A program made the translations under genes and the position numbers. Positions 36,947-45,533 of a DNA stretch of 64,000 bases are shown piece after piece. Below the pieces are notes generated by a model. The model did not search any database. It had not been told where the DNA came from and saw nothing but the letters and a program-made list of their open reading frames with translations. This stretch comes from an uncultured virus (IMG/VR IMGVR_UViG_3300032677_000013) (lineage: Duplodnaviria; Heunggongvirae; Uroviricota; Caudoviricetes), in IMG/VR virus record IMGVR_UViG_3300032677_000013; one strand, 5' to 3'. Within the stretch, counting starts at the first letter, position 1; every line of letters begins with the position of its first letter.

Positions 36947-37605
36947 TGCTAAACCACAATAACCCGCCGCCCCTTGATGCGCTATCAATGCACATTGAGG
37001 ATTTGCTTTCGCTTGCATCCGGCACTCTGGCCGGGGGTGAGATTACCAACGATGAGCAAGAAACCGCCGTCTCGGGATTGCTGGATGAAATGCGCCAAGC
37101 CCGCAAGGATGCCGATGCACAGCGCGCCCTTGAAAAGAAACCGCACCTTGATGCTGGCAAGGCCATAGACGCCGCATGGAAGCCTGTTATTGATCGGGCG
37201 GCTTATGGTGAAGGGGCGCTTAAAGACGCCCTGACGCCCTATAGGACGGCCAAGCAGCGCGCTAAAGACGAAGCTGCCCGCAAGGCCCGCGAGGATGCTG
37301 AAGCCGCCCAGAAGGCCGCACAGGAAGCCCTGAAGGCATCGGACGATCTGGAGGCTAAGTTTGCGGCGGAACTGGAACTAGAACGCGCCGCCAAGCTGAC
37401 CGCACAGGCCAACCGAATTGACAAGTCCGCCACGGGGCTTCGCACATACCAGATTGCGGAAGTGATCGACGCGAAGGCGCTGCTACAGCACGTTATGCGG
37501 AATGATCCCTTGGCGCTGAAAGATTGGCTGGCGGATTATGCCCGCAAGGCCCTGCCAGCGCAGTTGCCGGGTGTTGAGATTAAGATTGAAAAGAGGGCGG
37601 CATGA
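36946..37605 (+). CDS. coiled-coil protein, possibly Gam-like/recombination accessory
   Basis: HNNPP start, EKKPHL, GLRT, LPGV motif. Confidence 0.65.
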   Translation: MLNHNNPPPLDALSMHIEDLLSLASGTLAGGEITNDEQETAVSGLLDEMRQARKDADAQRALEKKPHLDAGKAIDAAWKPVIDRAAYGEGALKDALTPYRTAKQRAKDEAARKAREDAEAAQKAAQEALKASDDLEAKFAAELELERAAKLTAQANRIDKSATGLRTYQIAEVIDAKALLQHVMRNDPLALKDWLADYARKALPAQLPGVEIKIEKRAA

Positions 37606-37832
37606 TAATTATTGAAGGGTTGACCGATAACGAATTGTTGCAAAAGTTGCGTGAAGATATTTCCGCTGAATCAAGTGCCGCTGCTTGGGGAAGGCTCCAT
37701 GGCGTTTCTGAAACGCTGATTAGCCTTACATTGTCTGGTCAACGTAGCATTAGTGAAAAAATATCTCACGCACTAGGATATGAAAAAAAATCCGTATGGA
37801 CCCCTTTACATTTCCGCAATGGTGGCGCATAA
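37602..37832 (+). CDS. small HTH protein
   Basis: S.AAW...HGVS...IS..L.G.R..S..I..ALG. Confidence 0.75.
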   Translation: MIIIEGLTDNELLQKLREDISAESSAAAWGRLHGVSETLISLTLSGQRSISEKISHALGYEKKSVWTPLHFRNGGA

Positions 37833-37835
37833 AAG

Positions 37836-38263
37836 TGAGGCGGAAAGCACTCGACCTGCCATCCGCCTCGCCTGCCTTCTTACAGGTTTTGGCAAGCATT
37901 CGCAACCCGGTTATGCGCGTTGGCGCTTTCTCCGAGGGTCGAGCTAAAAAAGCTGCCTTGGATGAAGGGTGCGATCCGACATTTCGCGGAAAAACCCAAA
38001 TCCACAAAGAGCGTCGTTTTCTCTCAAGAAACAGATACTATGGAAGTCGACACCCGCTTCCCCTGACGCCTAGCTGGATGGCCAAGGGATACCTGCACCA
38101 AACGTCACATTTGTTATTAGGCGACCACAGCCGAGAGAAATCAAAATGGTGGGGACCACGATTGGCCCGCGTTAAGGGCAGTGCAGTAAACATAGTAGAG
38201 TGTGCCGGTAAGGAATACCCGATTCACTTTAGCAGTGACCTTCGCGGGTGGACGTGCTTTGCC
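37836..38263 (+). ncRNA. candidate large structured RNA
   Basis: more than 10 complementary segment pairs including crossing pairs; see findings. Confidence 0.5.
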
Positions 38264-38283
38264 ATAATGATAGGATGACAACC

Positions 38284-38886
38284 ATGACTGACAACACAAC
38301 CCCACTATATGAGGCAATGGCATTGGCCTTTGCAGAGATTGAAGGGGCAATCAAAGATACAACGAATCCGCACTTCAAGGCGAAATATGCGGATCTTTCC
38401 AGCGTGGTATCTGCCATTAAACCGGCACTGGCCAAAAATGGCCTTTGGTTCCGGCAAGTGATGCACGAGCGGGATAAAGGGGTTTGTGTGGAGACTATCG
38501 TTTGCCATAAGTCCGGCCACGAACTGACTTTTGGCAGCTTGTTTGTGCCAGCCAAAAATAATGACGCGCAAGGCTTCGGATCGGCACTCACATACGCGAG
38601 GCGTTATTCCCTGATGACGGCATTTGGCGTTTGCCCAGAAGATGATGACGGCAATCGTGCAGTGGAATCGCAACGCGCACCAGACCCCGCCCCGGAATTG
38701 ATTACCGAAGATCAGCGCATCGAATTGATGGCGCTGTTTGAAAGCCTAAACGTGCCGGTTGCCGAGTTTCTCAAAGCAGCGGGCGGGATTAAGGATTTGC
38801 GCCAGTTAGAGGCCAGCCGGTTTGACGGCGCAAAAACATGGATCAACAAGCGCGCTAAGGAATACGCGAAACAGGAGCAAAACTAA
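38284..38886 (+). CDS. erf: ERF-family ssDNA annealing protein
   Basis: NPHFKAKYADL, QGFGSALTYARRYSL, EDDDGN. Confidence 0.95.
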   Translation: MTDNTTPLYEAMALAFAEIEGAIKDTTNPHFKAKYADLSSVVSAIKPALAKNGLWFRQVMHERDKGVCVETIVCHKSGHELTFGSLFVPAKNNDAQGFGSALTYARRYSLMTAFGVCPEDDDGNRAVESQRAPDPAPELITEDQRIELMALFESLNVPVAEFLKAAGGIKDLRQLEASRFDGAKTWINKRAKEYAKQEQN

Positions 38887-39278
38887 TGCAGGTGATGACA
38901 ATTTGTGGAAAGTTGGGGCGGGATGCCGAACTTCGCAGCACTAACAGCGGCAATCAGGTTTGCAGTTTTTCCGTTGCCGTGGATCAGCGCAACGAGCGCG
39001 ACAAGACGACGAACTGGTATCGCGTCAGCATCTGGGGCAAGCGTGGCGAAGTGCTGCAACAGTATCTCACCAAGGGCTCTGCCGTTACCGTGGTCGGGGA
39101 GTTTTCCGTCAGCGAATATGAGGGCAAAACGCAGCTTAATATCCGAGCCAGCGAGATTGCTTTGCAGGGCGGGCGGAACGATGATCGGCGCGAATCAGAT
39201 GGCAATCAAAGCGCCCCCGTCCAGACAAAGCCAGTGACTAGCTTTGCGGATGATCTTTCGGACGATATTCCTTTTTAA
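38886..39278 (+). CDS. ssb: single-stranded DNA-binding protein
   Basis: GKLGRDAELR, TNWYRVSIWGKR, DDIPF. Confidence 0.95.
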   Translation: MQVMTICGKLGRDAELRSTNSGNQVCSFSVAVDQRNERDKTTNWYRVSIWGKRGEVLQQYLTKGSAVTVVGEFSVSEYEGKTQLNIRASEIALQGGRNDDRRESDGNQSAPVQTKPVTSFADDLSDDIPF

Positions 39279-39409
39279 GTTTGGCCGGGGCCTAAACAGC
39301 AGACAATGGCGGCTGCTGCGAAGCCATACCACCGGAAGGATCAAGCGCGCCCGGCAAAATTCATAATCCGCGCGAATGGTATGGAACGCCAATTTTTATG
39401 GAGGGATTT

Positions 39410-39640
39410 ATGAAGATCAAGTTTAACGTGGATAAAGATAGCGGCGAAGCAGATTGGCACCCGGAAACGCTTGCCAAGCTGATGAGTTACAGCCCGCTTT
39501 GGCGAGTAGACGTTCTCGGTGATGTAGTGGCAATGGCCACGCAACTATTTGAGCAAGCTACGGCTGAAATGCTTATGGAATTTGAAGGGATTCAAAATGC
39601 TGCCACCGAAGAAGATGAAGAAGGCGAAGCGATCCACTAG
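39410..39640 (+). CDS. acidic hypothetical protein
   Basis: RBS GGAGG. Confidence 0.6.
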   Translation: MKIKFNVDKDSGEADWHPETLAKLMSYSPLWRVDVLGDVVAMATQLFEQATAEMLMEFEGIQNAATEEDEEGEAIH

Positions 39641-39944
39641 ATGGCGGTCGCAAGGCCATTGTAATTTTGTCCGGTCTCATCATTGCTCGATTGATGGATG
39701 CATGGAATTGCCGATTCAGGTCGCACATGTGAGGTTGGGCAGCGGCGCTGGGATGGGAGAAAAGCCAGATGATTTTCGCTCAGTGGCACTCTGTGCGGGA
39801 CATCATCGCAAACAGCACGAAATAGGCGAACGCACGTTTTGGGCTGGCATTGATGTTGAAGGGCTGATTGAAGCCTTTTGCAAAGCCAGCCCGAAAGCTG
39901 CCGAGATCAAGGCGGTGAAGGCGGAAAGGAATGGCCATGTCTGA
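39597..39944 (+). CDS. DUF968-like/HNH-related Zn-binding protein
   Basis: AHVR.G..GMG.KPDD...LC..HH..QH..GE; homologue of 2575-2925. Confidence 0.8.
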   Translation: MLPPKKMKKAKRSTRWRSQGHCNFVRSHHCSIDGCMELPIQVAHVRLGSGAGMGEKPDDFRSVALCAGHHRKQHEIGERTFWAGIDVEGLIEAFCKASPKAAEIKAVKAERNGHV

Positions 39945-40383
39945 CAAGCCAAGCCTGATGTTTGAGGTGCGCTTTGGCAGCCTTCACCCTATTAATTCAG
40001 CCGCACGGGAGGCGGTGAATTCCATCCCCCCCGGCCCGGTTAGGGTTGAGATTAAGCGCACCAGAGCAAACGAGGCTCGGCGGGGATTTTATTGGTTAAT
40101 GTTAGATGTGGCGTCTGAAGCCCTAACGGACGCCACGGGCTTTGTCTGGGATCAGGAACTGTTGCACAATGAACTAAAGCGCCACCTAAGCCTTGGGGAG
40201 CGGTTTACAACGCCATCAGGGCATGAGGTGTTCAAGCCCCGATCTACCAGCAACATGGCGATGACAGAGCATGAGCGGGCACGTTGGACGGATAGATGCG
40301 CCAATTTCTTGAGCCACTGGCTAGGATGTGAAATTACCGAGCTAATGGATGAGGCTCGACGTAGGAATGGAGATGTGGGATGA
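39931..40383 (+). CDS. NinB/DUF1367-like protein
   Basis: R.N....YW, LH..LK, PRSTS..M motif. Confidence 0.6.
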   Translation: MAMSDKPSLMFEVRFGSLHPINSAAREAVNSIPPGPVRVEIKRTRANEARRGFYWLMLDVASEALTDATGFVWDQELLHNELKRHLSLGERFTTPSGHEVFKPRSTSNMAMTEHERARWTDRCANFLSHWLGCEITELMDEARRRNGDVG

Positions 40384-41753
40384 ATGCGGTATCTCTACCT
40401 TTAACCGTATCTGATTTAATAGATGAATATGCCGGAAAAGACGCTGCCATAGATGGTGCGATTGCCGATTTTAAAGCCGCATATGATCGGCTGGGGATGG
40501 CCGTAACTGTCAACGGCACCTACGCAGAAAACGTCATAACCGCACCTAATCTTTATCGAGACAGCCTGCGGCGGAATTTGTTAAAGTCGGGCTGGAAGGC
40601 GGTTTATAATCGCCTGCAAATTGATGCTTTGGCCAGTGCCAATGATAAAAAGCTATTTGAGCGGGCGCTGGCTGATCCAGCCCCTCTTACGCTAGATAAT
40701 GCCAAGGCAACATTTGGCGATTATATCGTGCGTCCGCGCTTCCATATTCTGCGCGGGTTGGCCGAGGTGTTCACCCAGATTGACCCCGCTTACAAATCGC
40801 ACAGCAAGGTTCGCATCGGCGTGAAAGGCCTGCCCAAGCGGGTGATCTTGAACGGCTGGAGTGAATACAGCTACGGCACTGCCCGCGACCGATTCCGCGA
40901 TATGGTCAACGCGATGGCTGCTTTGCGCGAACAGCCGCCCTATGAGCACCGGGAAATGACGGCGATTAATCTTGCCCACCAGCAAGGCAAGGATGCCATA
41001 CTTGATGGCCGCAGTTATTTTGAGATTGATCGCTATAACCCGGAAAAGCGCAAAGCCTTTGCAACCATTAATCGCGGCTTGACAGTTCGCCGGTTCAGCA
41101 ATGGCAACGCGCATGTGTTCTTCGACAAGTGGGCGCTTCTCGACATCAACCGGGCGCTGGCTGAGTTCTATGGCGAAGTGCTGCCAGACGTTGATCCTGA
41201 AGACGCCAAGCACCAGCCGGGAACCGCCGTGTCAAAGGATCTGCAATTCTATTGGTCGCCCCCTGAAGTTGTGGCGCTTGCTTTGCAATTTGCCGACATT
41301 TACACTCGCGAACAATGTGGCATCAGGGCGTGGGAAGAGCGGAAACCGCTTCGTGTATTGGAGCCATCATGCGGGGATGGCCGTATCTTAGATGAACTGC
41401 GGGCACGTGGCTGCAAGGCATTGGGCATGGAATACCATCCGGGCCGAGCAGCGGAGGCAAGGGCCAAAGGTCATGCCGTTATGACTTGCAATTTCTTAGA
41501 CCAGCCAGCCACTAAAGATTTTGATGCGGTGGTGATGAATCCACCATTTTATGGGTTACACTATGTTAAGCACGTTCTCCACGCGGTCGGATTCCTAAAG
41601 CCCGGCGGAATGCTAGTGGCGATCCTGCCCGCCACTGCGCGTTATGACCATCATGACTTAAAAGGCGAATGGCGCGATTTGCCGGTAGCTAGTTTTGCCG
41701 ATGCAGGAACAAACGTGCCGACCACTATGTTAAAAATTAGGAGGCCAACATAA
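40380..41753 (+). CDS. DUF4942-like domain plus N6-adenine DNA methyltransferase
   Basis: F.NGN.H..F, VLEPSCGDG, VVMNPPF. Confidence 0.85.
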   Translation: MNAVSLPLTVSDLIDEYAGKDAAIDGAIADFKAAYDRLGMAVTVNGTYAENVITAPNLYRDSLRRNLLKSGWKAVYNRLQIDALASANDKKLFERALADPAPLTLDNAKATFGDYIVRPRFHILRGLAEVFTQIDPAYKSHSKVRIGVKGLPKRVILNGWSEYSYGTARDRFRDMVNAMAALREQPPYEHREMTAINLAHQQGKDAILDGRSYFEIDRYNPEKRKAFATINRGLTVRRFSNGNAHVFFDKWALLDINRALAEFYGEVLPDVDPEDAKHQPGTAVSKDLQFYWSPPEVVALALQFADIYTREQCGIRAWEERKPLRVLEPSCGDGRILDELRARGCKALGMEYHPGRAAEARAKGHAVMTCNFLDQPATKDFDAVVMNPPFYGLHYVKHVLHAVGFLKPGGMLVAILPATARYDHHDLKGEWRDLPVASFADAGTNVPTTMLKIRRPT

Positions 41754-41923
41754 AATCCATCATCCACCGCGCCCGCGAACGCCTAGCAGCCCAAAAGCTA
41801 TGGGGCCGCGTATCTGAAAAGGCCATCTTGGATGGGCATTGGGACACTGGCGATCTAATCCGCCACACCATGTATGAAATTGAGGCAGAAGATGTCCGCA
41901 ACATTAAGGAGCAGCCAGAATGA
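41750..41923 (+). CDS. WG..GHWD protein homologous to 3393-3569, ATA start
   Basis: IKSIIHRARERLAAQKLWGRVSEKAILDGHWDTGDLIRHTMYEIEAED; AGGAGG RBS 5 nt upstream. Confidence 0.7.
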   Translation: MKSIIHRARERLAAQKLWGRVSEKAILDGHWDTGDLIRHTMYEIEAEDVRNIKEQPE

Positions 41924-42168
41924 AAATCACATCGGATGATGCTTGCCTAATGATTGTCGGGTTGATCTATGATTGCGCGACAATTAGGCCAGACAAGATT
42001 GAATTTGAAAACACACTCCGCGATGATCTGGGGCTAGACGGCATATCCATCATTGATCTGACTATGGTTCTGGAGGATACGTTTAACATCGTCATTTCAT
42101 GTGAAGATATGCACACATGGGAAACGGTGTCAGATGTTGTCCATTGTGTAGAAAAGCTAAGATCATGA
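41920..42168 (+). CDS. acyl carrier protein-like, attachment Ser replaced by Gly
   Basis: LRDDLGLDGISIIDLTMVLEDTFNIVI...WETVSDVV. Confidence 0.85.
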   Translation: MKITSDDACLMIVGLIYDCATIRPDKIEFENTLRDDLGLDGISIIDLTMVLEDTFNIVISCEDMHTWETVSDVVHCVEKLRS

Positions 42169-42332
42169 AACAGTCTCTAGGCATTTTTGCTTTAATGGTC
42201 GCCCTGTGCATGGGCATGGTGATGCTGTTTTATTGGCTGGCGGTTTTGGCTGTTAATATATGGGGGTTGATCCGCAGCCTTTGTAATTACATTGTCATTA
42301 CATGGAGGGATAGACATGAACATACTTCATAA
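42165..42332 (+). CDS. small membrane protein
   Basis: hydrophobic, ATGA coupling. Confidence 0.5.
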   Translation: MKQSLGIFALMVALCMGMVMLFYWLAVLAVNIWGLIRSLCNYIVITWRDRHEHTS

Positions 42333-42464
42333 AAGGGCATACGTTCAGGGGAGGGCCGTGGCGTATTGCCAAGCTGGCTATGAGGGGAAACAGCCCACCA
42401 CCACTAGCGACGCTGCCAAGGTCAATTGCCCGAGGTGCAAAGATATTGCGGCGGGGAGGGGATA

Positions 42465-42653
42465 ATGATTTGGTTACGGCTTTATGTGGTGATGATCTTT
42501 TGGGTATGGGGATATACCTTTGGCAGTACATGGTGGTCTTACAGGAATAAAGATGTCACTGCCGTTTGGCGCGCTTTGGTGCCCCTGAGCCTTGGTATTA
42601 TTTGGCCGTATTTTGTTGCCGCCTTGGCTTGGGATAAATGGAGGCAAAGATGA
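42465..42653 (+). CDS. small membrane protein
   Basis: two hydrophobic segments. Confidence 0.5.
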   Translation: MIWLRLYVVMIFWVWGYTFGSTWWSYRNKDVTAVWRALVPLSLGIIWPYFVAALAWDKWRQR

Positions 42654-42922
42654 GGCTTACCGGCGGATCATCGGACTATTACAAAATAGCCATCAATAAC
42701 CCCACCAGCGGCGACAAGCCTTACGTTGCTGAATGCAATGACATAATCGAAGCGCTTGAAATGTCTTTTGGCCTTGCCAATGTGTTTAAGGCTGCGTGGC
42801 GTCTGGCAGCGCTTATTCAAGGCCACGGCAAACCCGGCACAACGCGCACATACGACGCCGAGAAAATTGTGTTTTTCGGCCAGCGCGAATTGCAAAAGGC
42901 AAAGGCGCATGACGGCGAATGA
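42650..42922 (+). CDS. DUF3310-related protein
   Basis: GGSSDYY, ECNDIIEAL.M.F..N.FKA.WR. Confidence 0.65.
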   Translation: MRLTGGSSDYYKIAINNPTSGDKPYVAECNDIIEALEMSFGLANVFKAAWRLAALIQGHGKPGTTRTYDAEKIVFFGQRELQKAKAHDGE

Positions 42923-43335
42923 TCTACATGCCGAAATATGAAAAGGCCGCAGATTTAGAGCGCGATCAATCTGTCATCAAACAGGTGTGCGAGCGCTTTA
43001 AGTTTGAAGCGGTAAAACTGCCAATCAACTGCCGGGCGGACTATTTGCTTTCCCAAGGCGGGAACGCCAAGGTCATGGCCGAGATAAAGGTTAGGACTAA
43101 CCCAAAGGATCAATACCCCACCTACATGGTCAGCAAGGGCAAATACGACGCCTTGCTGGCTTGGGTGGATATGGGCTTTGAAGCTGCGCTATTTGTGCAG
43201 TGGCAAGATGCACTGGGATATGTGAAGCTGCCCGTAGATCACATCATCGCCACAGGAGGCAGGAGAGATAGGGCCGATCCGCTGGACATTGAGCGGGTGG
43301 TGTTGATCGAAGTGGGTCGGTTCAAAATAATTTAA
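42919..43335 (+). CDS. PD-(D/E)xK-fold nuclease-like protein
   Basis: ADY...AEIK.R..YPT, GGR.DR.DP.D.E. Confidence 0.7.
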   Translation: MIYMPKYEKAADLERDQSVIKQVCERFKFEAVKLPINCRADYLLSQGGNAKVMAEIKVRTNPKDQYPTYMVSKGKYDALLAWVDMGFEAALFVQWQDALGYVKLPVDHIIATGGRRDRADPLDIERVVLIEVGRFKII

Positions 43336-43342
43336 AAAACCG

Positions 43343-43370
43343 CTTGCAGCTTATAGCAGTATTCTATATT
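43343..43370 (+). promoter_or_regulatory. possible early promoter
   Basis: CTTGCA...CTATAT in an AT-rich gap; spacing short. Confidence 0.3.
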
Positions 43371-43411
43371 GATCGTTTCAGGGGATGACCCCGCCGACAG
43401 GAGAATGTAAA

Positions 43412-43630
43412 ATGACAAAGTTTGAAGCTGGCAAAACTTATTGGACTCGCTCGATTGTAGACGCGGATTATCGCGTTCGCGTTACCGTTGCCAAGCGCAC
43501 AGCCAAAACCATTACAACCGTCGAAGGCAAAAACCTCCGCATTTCCGAATGGGATGGCGTTGAGCAAGTTAAGCCTTGGGGTTCTTATTCCATGTGCCCG
43601 ATCGTGGGCGCTGATCGTGTGGAGGCATAA
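43412..43630 (+). CDS. hypothetical protein
   Basis: RBS AGGAG; FE.GKTY..RS..D...KRTAKT. Confidence 0.75.
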   Translation: MTKFEAGKTYWTRSIVDADYRVRVTVAKRTAKTITTVEGKNLRISEWDGVEQVKPWGSYSMCPIVGADRVEA

Positions 43631-43632
43631 TC

Positions 43633-43866
43633 ATGACCATCCAAGCAACCCTTCGCACCCATTCCAACGGTGAAACCGCCATGAGGGAAATTGCCCCACC
43701 GGCTTTAGATCAGCGCGTTTTTCGTGAGATTAATGGCTATCTTGAATGGGCCCATGAGGCCGACTGGCTGGCCCACGGTTGGAGCCGTGCTAGGACATAT
43801 GGCACTGTCATTAAGCCCAGCCAGATTATTTGCGTAAATGTTGAGGAACGAATTAATGCAGCCTGA
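43633..43866 (+). CDS. hypothetical protein
   Basis: RBS GGAGG. Confidence 0.6.
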   Translation: MTIQATLRTHSNGETAMREIAPPALDQRVFREINGYLEWAHEADWLAHGWSRARTYGTVIKPSQIICVNVEERINAA

Positions 43867-44098
43867 AGATTTCCGAGAAGCCCGTAAGGAGATGGGCCAT
43901 ACCCAGCACTCTCTTGCCTCCGCATTGCTTATGGGCAAACATGGATGGCAGACGATTAGCGCATGGGAAAACGGCAAACAAACCATACCGGGGCCGGTTA
44001 AGGTTGCCATGTATCATTTGTTAAATTGCGGAGGTAATCATGACCGACATACCCCCCAGCGAGAAGTCACTAGCCGAGGCGGTGCGGCGGTTGAATGA
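43856..44098 (+). CDS. XRE-family HTH protein
   Basis: P.DFREARK.MG.TQ..LA..L...TI..WE.G...IPGPV. Confidence 0.85.
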   Translation: MQPEDFREARKEMGHTQHSLASALLMGKHGWQTISAWENGKQTIPGPVKVAMYHLLNCGGNHDRHTPQREVTSRGGAAVE

Positions 44099-44309
44099 CC
44101 GCACTGGCATGAAGTGGCCTTCAAGATCACAATGCGTTGAAGAACTCGCCCTCGCACTGGATGAGATTGACCGGCTGCGGGTGGCGGAGGAGGCTTTGCA
44201 GCGTGTGTTTAAGCTGGATGAGTTTTTGAACGGCGAGCCATCGTCAGTCGAAGAAGTGATGAATTATATCCGGTATGTCGCCCGCGCCGCCCTCGAACGG
44301 AAGGATTGA
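44040..44309 (+). CDS. hypothetical protein
   Basis: RBS GGAGG; shares blocks with 3993-4715. Confidence 0.65.
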   Translation: MTDIPPSEKSLAEAVRRLNDRTGMKWPSRSQCVEELALALDEIDRLRVAEEALQRVFKLDEFLNGEPSSVEEVMNYIRYVARAALERKD

Positions 44310-44311
44310 AG

Positions 44312-44521
44312 ATGGAATGGCGAATAATTGAAACCGCGCCTTGGGGTGCCGAAGTGCTGATATATTCCGAAGGCGATATGGCGGTCGCTTGGCGGGATAG
44401 TGACAACGATGGCGTGTGGACGATGACCGATTACCACGACAACATTCAGGCCCGAGCTTTCCGCCGGCACATGGCGTATCCGACCCACTGGATGCCCTTA
44501 CCGGAGGCACCCAAGCCATGA
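44312..44521 (+). CDS. DUF551-like protein
   Basis: W..IETAP...PTHWMPLPEAP. Confidence 0.85.
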   Translation: MEWRIIETAPWGAEVLIYSEGDMAVAWRDSDNDGVWTMTDYHDNIQARAFRRHMAYPTHWMPLPEAPKP

Positions 44522-44859
44522 CCCCCCCCGAGATCGCAACCGCCTGCGAGAGCGCGGGGGTGGAGGGGCAGAGAGAGTTGCTGATGGATGCGTTTGTGTC
44601 CATTCGCCCATTCGATCCGCAAGACTTTGACGCTGCGTTCGCGTTCCGCGAAATGCTCGACGCCGAAGCCTATCTGGACGCGGTGATGATGTTAAAACCA
44701 GAAGGGTGCCGAGTGCGCGTAGACATCATGGAGGATGGGTGCGGTGGTGCTTGGGTATGGTGGCCCACAGAATACGCTGGACTAACTACCCCACGCTACG
44801 CCACCCCAGCACTCGCGCTCCTAGCCGCCATATGTAGGGATTTGGGGGGTGAGGGGTGA
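44518..44859 (+). CDS. hypothetical protein
   Basis: homologue of 4772-5230. Confidence 0.7.
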   Translation: MTPPEIATACESAGVEGQRELLMDAFVSIRPFDPQDFDAAFAFREMLDAEAYLDAVMMLKPEGCRVRVDIMEDGCGGAWVWWPTEYAGLTTPRYATPALALLAAICRDLGGEG

Positions 44860-44990
44860 TGGATGAGAATATATTGGAGGATAATGGAGAGATTGACCCC
44901 GAGACATATTTTTTTCAAAACGCCTTGGCAATGTTTCGCTTAAAAGTGCGCGGCATTGAATGGCCGCCGGAGTAGTAAGGATAGCTTGTA

Positions 44991-45533
44991 ATGACTGATA
45001 CGCCCCCAGCCGTCGTGGTGCCCATGATTGACGCCGATAGGCCGGGAATAGGAAGTGACCCCCAAGTGATCCCGCAATTTACCTTGCAGCCAGAAATGGG
45101 GACGGACGGGCGCGAGATTAGGCTCGGGGTAATTGATAATGCCGAGTTCGACCGCGATGAAAAAGACTGGGCGGTCAAATATGCTATTACAACCGATAAA
45201 CTAATATCCTCGCTGCGGCTTTCCTATGGTCATGATCTGGCTGTAGAAGTGCCCGCAAACATACACTTTGGACGTTATTTCAATCTTGGCTTGGATGTGC
45301 AATGGCAGAGAAATACGCCAATGACATATGCCGCCGAGTTTAACATAACGCCCACAAACCGGCTAACTGTTACACCGACGCTATATAGAGACAATAAAAC
45401 AAGAGCCGCCATCTTTTTTGCATGGATTCCACCGGGCCATAACAACATACAGTTAGACGCTGGTTACGATAACCCAAAAATAACGGTGGGCATTTCAACT
45501 GCAATCAGTTTTGCAAAAGAATTGAATAAATGA
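44991..45533 (+). CDS. beta-strand protein resembling a shortened MetA-pathway-type outer-membrane barrel
   Basis: DRPG.G..P.V.P...Q.E.G start, QLD.G near end, amphipathic strands. Confidence 0.45.
   Translation: MTDTPPAVVVPMIDADRPGIGSDPQVIPQFTLQPEMGTDGREIRLGVIDNAEFDRDEKDWAVKYAITTDKLISSLRLSYGHDLAVEVPANIHFGRYFNLGLDVQWQRNTPMTYAAEFNITPTNRLTVTPTLYRDNKTRAAIFFAWIPPGHNNIQLDAGYDNPKITVGISTAISFAKELNK

Noticed and set aside
37796..38278. 160-aa ORF as a confident gene, or a canonical group I intron
   Set aside because: No RBS or recognisable motifs for the ORF; canonical G-site and an interrupted exon are missing for an intron; neither fully excluded
39283..39384. HDV-like ribozyme (GCGAA then P2-like strand) or tmRNA start
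   Set aside because: No UCC.CG-type L3 loop or GG P1.1, and no tRNA-like domain or tag frame; kept only as a generic structured element
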